Shown: piece after piece, positions 1 through 8,906 of the stretch
How the letters are laid out: each line of letters begins with the position of its first letter
Numbering within the stretch: the stretch's first letter is position 1
Origin: Gemmatimonadota bacterium
GTDB lineage: Bacteria > Gemmatimonadota > Gemmatimonadetes > Gemmatimonadales > GWC2-71-9
Direction: 5' to 3'
Length of the DNA stretch: 64,000 bases
Assembly (NCBI GenBank): GCA_041691295.1
Contig: JBEPVA010000002.1
Coordinates: 4,271-68,270, forward strand
The notes under the pieces: generated by a model
Seen by the model: only the letters and a program-made list of their open reading frames with translations
Told to the model about the DNA's origin: nothing
Databases searched by the model: none
Position numbers and translations under genes: made by a program

Positions 1-1490
1 ACGTAGGTCGAGGGATAGTCGGTGATCTGCTCCCGGATAATTCGACCGGTGTGTGGATCGATGCTCAGGGTCCGGCGGCCCGGCGTCGGTTCGGCCACCA
101 TCCGGAGGATTTCGCCGGAGCCAACGAACTCCACGTCGTAACTGTTCCGGATGGTATCGAGCGGCGCCGGATTCGACGCCAGCCCGCCCCGCCCCAGCAC
201 GCTCCAGATCGACGGATCTTCGCTGCCCAGCCGCCAGATCCCGACCCCCGCCACCCCGTTGGCCAGCGCGGTCCTGATCTGGTTGTACGCCGTGACCGCG
301 TCCAGATACCAGACGATGTGACGCGTGCCCGAATCGCTCCAGGCAAAGGTCGGGTTCCCGCTGACGGTATCGAGCGCCGGGTGAATGTTCCGGTCCCGTG
401 CGGCCTGGATCATCTCCTGAAAGTCGAGCAATTCGGCGGTTTCGGAGCTGTCGACCCAGTGATAGCCGTACTGTCCGACCGTGGCGATCACCTTTTCCCG
501 TGGCAGCGACCGCAGTGCCAGCGACAATGAGTGCTGGAACCACCCGTCACTGGCGATCGGGCCCGGCTCATCCGAGGCATCGTTCTCGTCATACAGCATG
601 ACGAAAACCCGGTCATTGAGCCTGGCGTACTCCGCAATCGGCCAGGTAGCATCATCCACCGGCAGGCACTGCGTGAGCAGCCGGCCACTGGGCGCCAGGG
701 CGGCCCTCAGCTCACCCAGAAACGCCAGGATCTTCGGGTGCATCCTGGCCGGGATCTGTTCGAAGTCGATCGTCACGCCGGCCAGGTTGTACTGGTCCAG
801 CATGGCCACCAGGTCGGCGATCGCCTTTTTGCGGATCCGCGGATTGTCCACCAGGTGGGCCACGGCCTTGGCCTCGAAGTCTTCGCCGGTGTAGTTGGTG
901 ATCATGGCAAAGACCTGCGGATGATTGGCCGCGCCAGCCGCCAGGGCCAGCACCCGGCGGTCCACCTGGTAGGTGAACGGCACCGTGTCGGCGCCCCGGC
1001 CCAGCAGCACCCATTCCGCCACTACCCAGTCGAGACTGTCGATCCGCTGGCGCAACGAGACCAGTGAGTTGTCGTCCCAGTTGACGTAGAACCCCGCCAC
1101 GATCGGATCGGCGGGAGACCGGGCCGCCAGGGCCGAGTCGTACCGGATCCGGGGCCGGACAATGGACATCTGCGAATAGTGCCGAGCCGGCGGGGCAGGA
1201 TGTTTCTCGAGTTCGGCGAACAGCCGCTGGCGGCTGAGCAGCCGTTCCCGTTCGGCCCGGGCCGAGATCACCCGGCGGGGTGCCACTCTCCCGCTCCGAG
1301 CGACCCGGCCGAGGGAGTCGTTTGCCGTCTGCAGCAGCGGAAGATCGGGAAGCAGTGGCGGGATCAGGACCGTGATGGCGGCGATCACGAACAGCAGCGT
1401 GGTCACCACGCCGGCCACGAGCGCGCCTCGACGCAATCGCCGCCAGCGCCGGCCGGATTCATCGTAGAAGATCGGTTCCTGCGCCTGCAT
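1..1490 (-). CDS. GH18-like (chitinase-fold) glycosyl hydrolase domain membrane protein, N-terminal part; gene runs off the window start
   Basis: Absent from the ORF track because it has no stop in the window. My reverse-complement read from ATG at 1490 stays open to position 3. It reads MQAQEPIFYDESGRRWRRLRRGALVAGVVTTLLFVIAAITVLI (TM anchor) and later LAGVTIDFEQIP, which fits the GH18 DxxDxDxE catalytic strand. Confidence 0.7.
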   Translation of the reverse strand, partial: MQAQEPIFYDESGRRWRRLRRGALVAGVVTTLLFVIAAITVLIPPLLPDLPLLQTANDSLGRVARSGRVAPRRVISARAERERLLSRQRLFAELEKHPAPPARHYSQMSIVRPRIRYDSALAARSPADPIVAGFYVNWDDNSLVSLRQRIDSLDWVVAEWVLLGRGADTVPFTYQVDRRVLALAAGAANHPQVFAMITNYTGEDFEAKAVAHLVDNPRIRKKAIADLVAMLDQYNLAGVTIDFEQIPARMHPKILAFLGELRAALAPSGRLLTQCLPVDDATWPIAEYARLNDRVFVMLYDENDASDEPGPIASDGWFQHSLSLALRSLPREKVIATVGQYGYHWVDSSETAELLDFQEMIQAARDRNIHPALDTVSGNPTFAWSDSGTRHIVWYLDAVTAYNQIRTALANGVAGVGIWRLGSEDPSIWSVLGRGGLASNPAPLDTIRNSYDVEFVGSGEILRMVAEPTPGRRTLSIDPHTGRIIREQITDYPSTY

Positions 1491-1492
1491 GT

Positions 1493-1885
1493 TCAGCCCT
1501 TCAGCAGTACGGCGACGGCGCCGGCGGATAGCTCGGAATGCGTGAGCGAAAGGTGCAGTGTGAGTGGCCCGTGACGCCGGACCAGTTCGGCCGCGGCCCC
1601 GTGCAGTTTCATGGTCGGCCGGCCACCGGAATCCCGCATGACCTCGAGTTGCAGCCAGGACACTCCGGCCGCGTCGGGCAGCGACTGCAGCGCCTTGAAC
1701 CCGGCCTCCTTGGCCGCGATCCGGGCCGCGAAGTGGGTAGCGGGGCGGGCCATCGAGGCCACGTACTCGATTTCCTCGACCGTGAGCATCCGGCGCATGG
1801 CGCGATCACCGAACCGGTGGAGCATTTCCTCCGCCCGCGCCACGTCGACCAGATCGATCCCGATGCCGATTACTTCGCCGGCCAT
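1493..1885 (-). CDS. acpS: holo-[acyl-carrier-protein] synthase (4'-phosphopantetheinyl transferase)
   Basis: ORF 1493..1951. The conserved AcpS N-terminus starts at the internal Met (MAGEVIGIGIDLVDVARAEEML...). ATG at 1885 directly abuts the upstream gene stop (1887-1889). Contains ...FAARIAAKEAGFKAL... Confidence 0.85.
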   Translation of the reverse strand: MAGEVIGIGIDLVDVARAEEMLHRFGDRAMRRMLTVEEIEYVASMARPATHFAARIAAKEAGFKALQSLPDAAGVSWLQLEVMRDSGGRPTMKLHGAAAELVRRHGPLTLHLSLTHSELSAGAVAVLLKG

Positions 1886-1886
1886 C

Positions 1887-2603
1887 TCAGAACCGATCCC
1901 AGAACCAGGACACCGCGCCGGTGAGCGGCGCGGGCGCCGCCACATATCCACCGAGTACCAGGCCGACCCAGATCGCCAGCAGGTACAGCACCACGGTCGT
2001 CAGCCAGAACGGCCAGCTCGGCCTGACCCAGTGGCGGATCGTGGCGATTTCGCCGGACCAGAGCGGCGCCTCCCGGGCCAGCGCCTCCTCGAGTTCGCGC
2101 CAGGCGCTCTCCTGCCGCCGAGCCGCGGCGGCCACCGCTTCGAGCCACTCAGTTCCGATTCCGCTGGACGCGGCCGGTGACGCGGACAGGAGGCGACGAA
2201 TGCGCTCGAGTTCCTCGAGTGCCGTCAGCAGACTGGCGCCGCCTTCGCCCAGCCGAGCGGTGAGCGCCCGGCGGTCCGCCTCGGTCATCAGGAACCGGTC
2301 AAGCCGCTGCTTCGGCAATCGGCTCGCGGTGGCGGCCTGGCGCAGTTGGCCTTCCACCACGGTGACCACGCGTGCCGCCACCGACTTCAGGGTCTCCTGC
2401 CATGCCTCTGACCACCCGGCCGCAGTCAGCACCTCCGGCGCGGAGTCTCCGGCCATCCGGGCCGAGCCGGCCAGCTTGAACAACCTGGTGGCGAGCGCCA
2501 GTCGGAGGTCATCCACCGCCAGCCACGCGGCCGGCCTGGCTCTGGGCGCTGCGGCCAGGCGGCCGAGGTAGGGCCCGAGCTCCGGTAGTGCGAGCGTCAT
2601 CAT
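1887..2603 (-). CDS. hypothetical helical protein with C-terminal transmembrane anchor
   Basis: 238 aa ORF with Ala/Leu/Arg/Glu-rich helical sequence and a C-terminal hydrophobic segment (WPFWLTTVVLYLLAIWVGLVLGG). Its start overlaps the stop of the HAD gene (2600-2603). No family recognised. Confidence 0.55.
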   Translation of the reverse strand: MMTLALPELGPYLGRLAAAPRARPAAWLAVDDLRLALATRLFKLAGSARMAGDSAPEVLTAAGWSEAWQETLKSVAARVVTVVEGQLRQAATASRLPKQRLDRFLMTEADRRALTARLGEGGASLLTALEELERIRRLLSASPAASSGIGTEWLEAVAAAARRQESAWRELEEALAREAPLWSGEIATIRHWVRPSWPFWLTTVVLYLLAIWVGLVLGGYVAAPAPLTGAVSWFWDRF

Positions 2604-3295
2604 TCCAGGATGGCTGTCATGACACGATCAGTCTGGCTCAGGTCTTCAAAGGCGGCGTAGGCGCCGGCCGCCAGCAGTTCGGCGGTGGAGTAGGATCCGG
2701 TGGCCACGGCGATAGCCCGGGCTCCCACGCTGCGGCCACAGGTCACATCCGCGGGCGTGTCACCGATGATCACGATCTCTTCCCCGGCCGGGCGGCGACC
2801 GAAATGCAGCTCGGCCCGTGCTACCGCGATCGGCGGCAATTCGGGTCGGGCGGCCGCGTCCGAGCCGTACGCGCCCAGCAGGAAGCGATTGTGTGCGATG
2901 CCAGCCGCTCGAAGCTTGAGTTCGGCACCGCGCGAGATATTGCCGGTGAGCAGCCCGAGGACCACGCTCGGTTCCGCCTCGAGGCGTTCGATCAGGTCGT
3001 GGATGCCGGGCAGGACCCGGGTCCGGTGGCCGTGGGTTTCCAGTTCCAGTTCGAGCAGACCGGCGTAGCGGGCGCAGAGCAGATCGATACGCTCGCGGGT
3101 GGGGGCAGGGCAACCGGCGCCGACCAGCATTTCGTGGACGATCTGCGGATCGGTTTTGCCATCGAACCGGATCCCGTCGAACCCCGCGACGTCAGCCACT
3201 TCGGGAGTCAGTGCCGCCACGATGGCCCGCTTTCCGGCTCCGGCGGAGAGCAGAATGGTGCCATCGATATCGAGCAGGACGAGTCGGCGCTTCAC
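2600..3295 (-). CDS. HAD-superfamily hydrolase (phosphoglycolate phosphatase-like)
   Basis: MKRRLVLLDIDGTIL (DxDGT motif I), later ...LLTGN... and ...IIGDTPADV (motif IV). Confidence 0.8.
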   Translation of the reverse strand: MKRRLVLLDIDGTILLSAGAGKRAIVAALTPEVADVAGFDGIRFDGKTDPQIVHEMLVGAGCPAPTRERIDLLCARYAGLLELELETHGHRTRVLPGIHDLIERLEAEPSVVLGLLTGNISRGAELKLRAAGIAHNRFLLGAYGSDAAARPELPPIAVARAELHFGRRPAGEEIVIIGDTPADVTCGRSVGARAIAVATGSYSTAELLAAGAYAAFEDLSQTDRVMTAILE

Positions 3296-4101
3296 GGGCG
3301 GGCCAGCCGCCGCCGGGCCACCTGGCGTTCTCGTAGCATGAAGGCTCGGCTGCCGGGTTGGGACGGTTCACGGACGAAGCCGCCGCAAGCCACGGAGCTG
3401 TGAATCAATTCCTCTTCCGGTCCGGCAATGGCAACGTGGGTGATTCGATCGGAGCCCTCCGTGAAGAAGAGCAGGTCATCGACCGCTTCGTTTCCCGGCT
3501 CGACGGGCACGCCTTCGGTGGCCTGGACCCGGGCGTCACGGCTGAGCTGGATCCCGCGGGCCAGGCAGAGCGTCTGCAGCAGCCCGGAGCAATCGACTCC
3601 CCAGGGAGTCACTCCGCCCCACTGATAGGGTGTGCCGGCGAAGACGGCCACTGCCGTGCGCCAGAGCGGCTCCGCCGAATGGCGCGCGGTGAGAACAGAC
3701 CGGGGAGTAATCTGTCCGGCGAGAATCGTGGCTTTGCGGCCATCGGGAAGGACCACCTTGGCATCCCGCAGTTCCAGTCGGGCACGGACCGGCAGCTTGA
3801 GGCGTACCGCAGGCGCGGAATCGGTCGCGGCCACTTCGACCACCGCACCCTCACTCCAGGCGCTGGCCCTGTGGCTCCAGTCCTCGACCGCTTCGACGTC
3901 AGCTTCGATCAGATAGCCCCGGTGGACCCAGCCTTCGTAGTGATCGCCGGCCAGCCGGACCCGGCGCCAGTCATCGCGCTGTTCGAGGACCCGGCCGGTT
4001 TCGCCCAGGACGAGCTGGGTGACCTGTTCGCTGCGAAGCGAGGGTGCAGCGGTGACCGGCGTCGTGGCGGCGCGGCCGATGATGGCGGTCGAGGCGGTCA
4101 T
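3292..4101 (-). CDS. NlpC/P60 (C40) peptidoglycan endopeptidase with N-terminal SH3-like region
   Basis: GTPYQWGGVTPWGVDCSGLLQTLCLARGI ... DRITHVAIA gives the catalytic Cys/His pattern of NlpC/P60. There is a 4-nt ATGA overlap with the upstream small gene. Confidence 0.85.
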   Translation of the reverse strand: MTASTAIIGRAATTPVTAAPSLRSEQVTQLVLGETGRVLEQRDDWRRVRLAGDHYEGWVHRGYLIEADVEAVEDWSHRASAWSEGAVVEVAATDSAPAVRLKLPVRARLELRDAKVVLPDGRKATILAGQITPRSVLTARHSAEPLWRTAVAVFAGTPYQWGGVTPWGVDCSGLLQTLCLARGIQLSRDARVQATEGVPVEPGNEAVDDLLFFTEGSDRITHVAIAGPEEELIHSSVACGGFVREPSQPGSRAFMLRERQVARRRLARP

Positions 4102-4298
4102 GTCCCGGGCGGCGGGGCACCCGAGCCGTCGCCGTCAGGATGGCTCGCGGCGCAGCTGCGGCAGCGAACGACTCCGCGGAAGGTGCAGACCAGACAGATG
4201 AAGGTGCCACAGCCGCGACAGGGATAGCCCTCGGACGCGCGCTCCTCGCGGCCGCAGGCCCGGCAGAGCATGGCGTCGTGTTCTTTCAGTTCTGCCAT
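4098..4298 (-). CDS. small cysteine-rich zinc-ribbon protein (four CxxC pairs)
   Basis: 66 aa: ...LCRACG...PCRGCG..ICLVCT...RCRSCA... GC-rich third codon positions. The stop overlaps the start of the NlpC/P60 gene (ATGA at 4098-4101). First gene of the operon. Confidence 0.6.
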   Translation of the reverse strand: MAELKEHDAMLCRACGREERASEGYPCRGCGTFICLVCTFRGVVRCRSCAASHPDGDGSGAPPPGT

Positions 4299-4312
4299 GG
4301 CCCCATGCCTCT

Positions 4313-4389
4313 GGAAGGTGAGAGGTGAGCGGTAAGAGGTGAGAGGGAACTGCCTCGGGCATCCCCTCTCCCATCTGCCATCTTCTCTC
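4313..4389. repeat. phased heptamer element: (GAGAGGT-like)x5, two spacer units, (TCCCNTC-like)x4
   Basis: GGAAGGT GAGAGGT GAGCGGT AAGAGGT GAGAGGG | AACTGCC TCGGGCA | TCCCCTC TCCCATC TGCCATC TTCTCTC, all in one 7-nt register. Fills the spacer between the zinc-ribbon gene start and the ntrC-like stop. Confidence 0.85.
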
Positions 4390-4391
4390 TC

Positions 4392-5738
4392 CTACAATGG
4401 AATCGCATACCGTTTGATCTTGTTGATCAGGGTCGCCCGGGAGATGGCCAGCTCCTGCGCCGCCCTGGTCCGGTTGCCATTGTGGTAGCGCAGGGTCCGT
4501 TCGATGTGGCCCCGCTCCAGCTCATCGACGGTCATCGGGGTGTGGCGCCGGTCACCGAAGCCGGGGCGGGCCCGGAACTCCGATGGCAAATGCTCTACTC
4601 CAACCGCCGCCTGGCCGTTGGCCAGGATCAGGGACCGTTCGATCACGTTGCGCATCTCGCGCACATTCCCCGGCCAGGCATAGCTCAGCAGCCGCTCCAG
4701 CGCCTCGGACCCGATCGCGGCCGGGCCGCCCGTGACGTGGCGTTGCAGGTCGTTGAGCAGGCGGTTGATCAGCAGCAGCTTGTCCTCACGGGTCCGGTCG
4801 CGGAGCGGCGGCAGCTCGATCGGCATCACGTTGAGCCGGTACTGCAGGTCTTCCCGGAACCGGCCGGCTTCGACGTCAGCCGCGAGGTTCCTGGTCGTGG
4901 CGGCGATCAGCCTGACATCGACCTCGACCTCACGGGTGCCACCGACCCGACGGAAGCTGCGGGTCTCGAGGGCCTTGAGCAGCTTGGGCTGCAGTTCCAG
5001 CGGTAGATCGCCAACCTCTTGCAGGTAGACCGTGCCGCCATCGGCAATCTCGAACAGCCCACGGCGCCGTTCCATGGCCCCTTCCACGGCTCCCTTTTCC
5101 GCGCCAAACAGCTCCGCATCAAGGGTACCAACCGGCAGTCCCCAGCAGGACAGCTGCACGAACGGATGGCCCGAACGCGGGCTCAGCCGGTGCAGCAGCG
5201 ATGCCAGCCAGCTTTTGCCGACACCCGGCTCACCGCGGAGCAGCACGGTGGTCCGTTCGTTCTGGGCCAGGAGCCCGAGCTGGCGCTGGAGATCCCGCAT
5301 CGCTGGTGAGGTGCCGAGCGCTTCGAGGCCATCGGTAGGCAGGGTGTTGAGCAGCAGCCGTTCGTTGAGCCGGCGGAGCCGGACCTTGTCGGCCACCCGG
5401 GCGGTCGCCGCCACCAGGTGCGCCATGTCCACCGGTTTGGAGAGGAAGTTCTCGGCACCAAGTTGCATCGCCTTGACGGCGGTGGCAACATCGGCGGCGC
5501 CGGTCAGCAGGATGACCGCGGCATTCCGTTCCTTCAACCGTTCCAGCACCTCGAGTCCGTCCATTCCCGGCAGCCGGAGATCCAGCACCACGACTTCCGG
5601 TCTGAGCCGGTCATAGGTGGCCAGTCCGTCCTCACCGCTCAGTTCGCGGGACACCTCGTAGCCCAGCTGCTCGAAATATCCTCCGAGCGAGCGCAGGACA
5701 TCCGCGTCATCATCGATCAGCAGTACCGAATCAGCCAT
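4392..5738 (-). CDS. sigma54-dependent response regulator (NtrC family: REC + AAA+ + HTH)
   Basis: N-terminal REC (LLIDDDADVL...VVLDLRLPGMDG), Walker A GEPGVGKSWLA, and a C-terminal Fis-type HTH (RTRAAQELAISRATLINKIKRY). Confidence 0.9.
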   Translation of the reverse strand: MADSVLLIDDDADVLRSLGGYFEQLGYEVSRELSGEDGLATYDRLRPEVVVLDLRLPGMDGLEVLERLKERNAAVILLTGAADVATAVKAMQLGAENFLSKPVDMAHLVAATARVADKVRLRRLNERLLLNTLPTDGLEALGTSPAMRDLQRQLGLLAQNERTTVLLRGEPGVGKSWLASLLHRLSPRSGHPFVQLSCWGLPVGTLDAELFGAEKGAVEGAMERRRGLFEIADGGTVYLQEVGDLPLELQPKLLKALETRSFRRVGGTREVEVDVRLIAATTRNLAADVEAGRFREDLQYRLNVMPIELPPLRDRTREDKLLLINRLLNDLQRHVTGGPAAIGSEALERLLSYAWPGNVREMRNVIERSLILANGQAAVGVEHLPSEFRARPGFGDRRHTPMTVDELERGHIERTLRYHNGNRTRAAQELAISRATLINKIKRYAIPL

Positions 5739-8007
5739 TGATCACCTTCCCCGGGGCGCCGGTGCGGGGCAGCTCAAACCAGAAAGCCGCTCCGCCGGTC
5801 GCGAGATTCTTGACCTGGATGTCGCCACCGTGCGCCCGGATGATACCGTGGGATATCGAAAGTCCCAAACCGGTGCCTTCACCCACGCCCTTGGTGGTAA
5901 AGAACGGTTCGAAAATCTTGGGCAGGACATCCGGCGCAATGCCGGTGCCCGAGTCGCACACCTCGCAACCCACCACCCGGTCGGTGGACCAGGTCCGGAT
6001 CACCCCTTCACCGCCGCCCCGTCCCGCCATCGACTGGGTGGCGTTGAGCAGCAAGTTGGTCAGCACCTGCTGCAGCTGTTCGGCATCACCCGGCACTTCG
6101 GGGAGCCGGTCGTCCAGATCGAGCGACCAGCGCGCCCCTTCGGTGGCCCGGGGTGTTCCGGCCAGGGCGTTGCGAATGACCTGGTTGAGATCGGTCTCGC
6201 TGCGCTTGAGTGGCCGCTGCCGGGCAAAGGTCAGCAACTCGGTGACGATGCGAGCGGCCCGGACCGCTTCCCGCCGGATCGAATCGGCCACGCTGGCGGT
6301 ATCCTGGCTGGCGGCCGGGTCGAGTGACAGCGCCTGGGCCAGGGCCGCGATCCCGGCCAGGGGGTTGTTCAACTCGTGAGCGACCCCGGAGACCAGCTGG
6401 CCCAGGGCCGCCAGCTTTTCGGAATGGGTGACCCGCTCCCGCAGCTTGACTTCGTCGGTCACATCCCGGGCGATCAGCAGCACCGAGCGGTCGTTGCCCG
6501 CTTCATCGTAGGCCACCGCTACCGCATCGGCTACCCGGCTGCTGCCGTCGAGCCGGGCGACGTGAAAGGTGAAGGCCCGGGTTTCGCCCCGGAAGCTGGC
6601 GGCCAGGTGAGCCTCGACCTGGAACAGCTCGTCGGGCTGGATGAAATCTCCCACCCGCCGGCCCCGATCCCGCCGGCCCAGCTCGGCCAATCCCACCGCG
6701 GCGTGATTGACCGACTGGAAGCGGTAATCGCGGCTGACCGTGAAGATGGCCAGTGGTGCGGCCGCGAACAGGGCCCGGAACCGGGCCTCGGAGCGGCGCA
6801 GCGCTTCGCTTGAATGCCGCTCGCGGGTGACATCCCGGATCACCGCGACGGTACCGGTCCGGGTGCCCCGCTCCTCGAGCGGCGCCTGTGAAACGGCAGC
6901 GTACCTGGGACCATCGGCGTGAGCCACCGTCGCGGTGTACCGCGCCAGCGGCGGTGATTCCTCGCTGGGACGGTCGTCCGGCGGCAGCAGGGTATCGAGC
7001 AGCTGGCCATGCAACTCAGCGCTGGTCCGGTCAAACAGTTCGCAGGCCGTCCGATTGGCAAAGACCAGGTGTCCGTCGGGATCCGCTATGACGATGGCGT
7101 CCTCGGCGGTCTGGACCAGCCGGGTGAACCGCTCCTCGAGCTGGACCAGCGCCGTGAGATCCTCGACTGCGACCACCAGTCCGCCCATCGGCCTTGGGGT
7201 GGCGGTGACCACCAGATGACGGCCATCCCGGCCCTCGAGCGGCTGGCTGACCCGCATGTTGGTCGCAATGGCCTGGAGCAGCGGATCGTCGGCCGGCGAG
7301 GGCCACGCCGGAAACAGGCTCCTGATATTGAGGCCCGGCAGCGCGGTGACCGGAACGCCGGCCAGGTCGGCCAGGAAGCGATTGCCCCGGCTGACGTGGC
7401 CAGTGGCCTCGACCAGGGCCAGGCCGCTGCCGGTCCCGTCAAAGGCCGACTGCCATTCCCGCTTGATCCTCGACACCTGGTCGAGCAGCCGGCTCTTGCC
7501 GATGGCCAGCGCCGCGATCTCCGCATAGGCCGAGGCGATGCCGCGTTCATCCGGCGGATAGGCGCGGGGCTGATCGTGATACAGTGCGATCGACCCGATC
7601 ACTTCGCCGGCGAAACGGAGCGGGAGTGCCGCCAGCGCCGCGATCCCTTCCCGGGCCGCCTCCAGCTTGAGCGGATGGTCGGGGTCGGCGGCGATATCGG
7701 TCACGAAATACGGCTCGCCGGCCTGGACCGCCGCAGCCACCGACGGATAATCGCGCAGCCGGCTTACTGCCGTCTGGATGTATCCCGACGAGAGCCCGAT
7801 CGAGAAGCGGCACTCGACCGCGCCGCGAGGCCGGTCGAAGATGAAGACCGCCGCCCGCTCCGCCTCGAACACTCGCAGCCCCTCGAGGGCGCTGGCCTGC
7901 ATCGCGCCTTCGGCGTCCTCGGATTCGGTGAAGCGGTGGGCCAGCCGCCCCAGCGCCTCGACCTGCGCCAGCCGGCGGGTCAGTTGTTCGGGGCTGGCGA
8001 CCGTCAT
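5731..8007 (-). CDS. sensor histidine kinase with GAF and PAS domains
   Basis: 758 aa. H-box VAHELNNPLAGI. HATPase N/G boxes (NLLLNATQSM, GTGLGLSISHGII). Upstream GAF/PAS-like segments. 8-nt overlap with the response regulator gene. Confidence 0.9.
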   Translation of the reverse strand: MTVASPEQLTRRLAQVEALGRLAHRFTESEDAEGAMQASALEGLRVFEAERAAVFIFDRPRGAVECRFSIGLSSGYIQTAVSRLRDYPSVAAAVQAGEPYFVTDIAADPDHPLKLEAAREGIAALAALPLRFAGEVIGSIALYHDQPRAYPPDERGIASAYAEIAALAIGKSRLLDQVSRIKREWQSAFDGTGSGLALVEATGHVSRGNRFLADLAGVPVTALPGLNIRSLFPAWPSPADDPLLQAIATNMRVSQPLEGRDGRHLVVTATPRPMGGLVVAVEDLTALVQLEERFTRLVQTAEDAIVIADPDGHLVFANRTACELFDRTSAELHGQLLDTLLPPDDRPSEESPPLARYTATVAHADGPRYAAVSQAPLEERGTRTGTVAVIRDVTRERHSSEALRRSEARFRALFAAAPLAIFTVSRDYRFQSVNHAAVGLAELGRRDRGRRVGDFIQPDELFQVEAHLAASFRGETRAFTFHVARLDGSSRVADAVAVAYDEAGNDRSVLLIARDVTDEVKLRERVTHSEKLAALGQLVSGVAHELNNPLAGIAALAQALSLDPAASQDTASVADSIRREAVRAARIVTELLTFARQRPLKRSETDLNQVIRNALAGTPRATEGARWSLDLDDRLPEVPGDAEQLQQVLTNLLLNATQSMAGRGGGEGVIRTWSTDRVVGCEVCDSGTGIAPDVLPKIFEPFFTTKGVGEGTGLGLSISHGIIRAHGGDIQVKNLATGGAAFWFELPRTGAPGKVING

Positions 8008-8906
8008 GGAATGCAGACGTCCAGCGCCAGGGGAACCACGGTGACCACCAGCGGAGTGCTGCCGGCCACGTCACCATCGATCTGGACCGGCTCGGGTACG
8101 GCCGCTTCGACCCGGATTTCCCGTCCCCGCGCGTGGGCCACGAAGCCGCCATCGGCATCGAGCGTATGGTGCTCGCGGAGCAGGTCCAGGATGGCGCGCA
8201 CGCCGCCGAAGAAGCCGTTGCCGCTCATCAGGATCAGGTCGAGCAGGCCATCATCGAAGGAAATGTCCCGCTTCAGCTTGACGATCGGCGGGATGATCTC
8301 CCTGCAGTTGGCGATCATCGCAATGGTGGCCGGCACTTCGAGCACCACCCCGTCCACGGTGATCCGGTGCGGCACCCGCTTGATCTTCGGAATCAGCCGG
8401 AACGTGGTGGCCACGTAGGCGCCGAACCCCCAGCGCCGCTTGAATTCCGGCGGAGTTCCTCCCATGACGCGGGCGTCGTACCCCGCCCCGCACGCCACCG
8501 CGAAGTAGTGCACGCCGTCGGGCCGTTCGACCCGGCCCAGGTCGATCCGCCGCTTCCTGCCCGCCAGCAGTACCCGGGCCGCTTTGACCGGATCCGAAGG
8601 GATCCGAAGGTTGCCGGCGAGCAGATTGCCGGTGCCACCCGGAATGGCACAGATCCGGGTATCCGATCCGACCGCGGCGCCGGCCGCCTGCATGATGGTA
8701 CCGTCCCCGCCGAGGACCACGATCGCCTCGACTCGTTCCCGCACCGCGGCCTCGGCCAGCAGGCTGGCGGCGCCCGGACCGGTGGTCCGTTCCAGATCCA
8801 CCGCCCAACCGCCACCAGTGAGGGTCTCGACCACCGCCCGCTCGGCGGACTCCTTCATGCGCGAGGCGGCGGGGTTGGCGATCAGCAGGGCCCGAGGCGC
8901 GCTCAA
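8004..8906 (-). CDS. diacylglycerol kinase family lipid kinase (YegS/DAGK-like)
   Basis: LLIANPAASR... and the VVLGGDGTIMQAA (GGDGT) motif. Overlaps both the TamB stop and the kinase start by 4 nt. Confidence 0.85.
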   Translation of the reverse strand: MSAPRALLIANPAASRMKESAERAVVETLTGGGWAVDLERTTGPGAASLLAEAAVRERVEAIVVLGGDGTIMQAAGAAVGSDTRICAIPGGTGNLLAGNLRIPSDPVKAARVLLAGRKRRIDLGRVERPDGVHYFAVACGAGYDARVMGGTPPEFKRRWGFGAYVATTFRLIPKIKRVPHRITVDGVVLEVPATIAMIANCREIIPPIVKLKRDISFDDGLLDLILMSGNGFFGGVRAILDLLREHHTLDADGGFVAHARGREIRVEAAVPEPVQIDGDVAGSTPLVVTVVPLALDVCIP

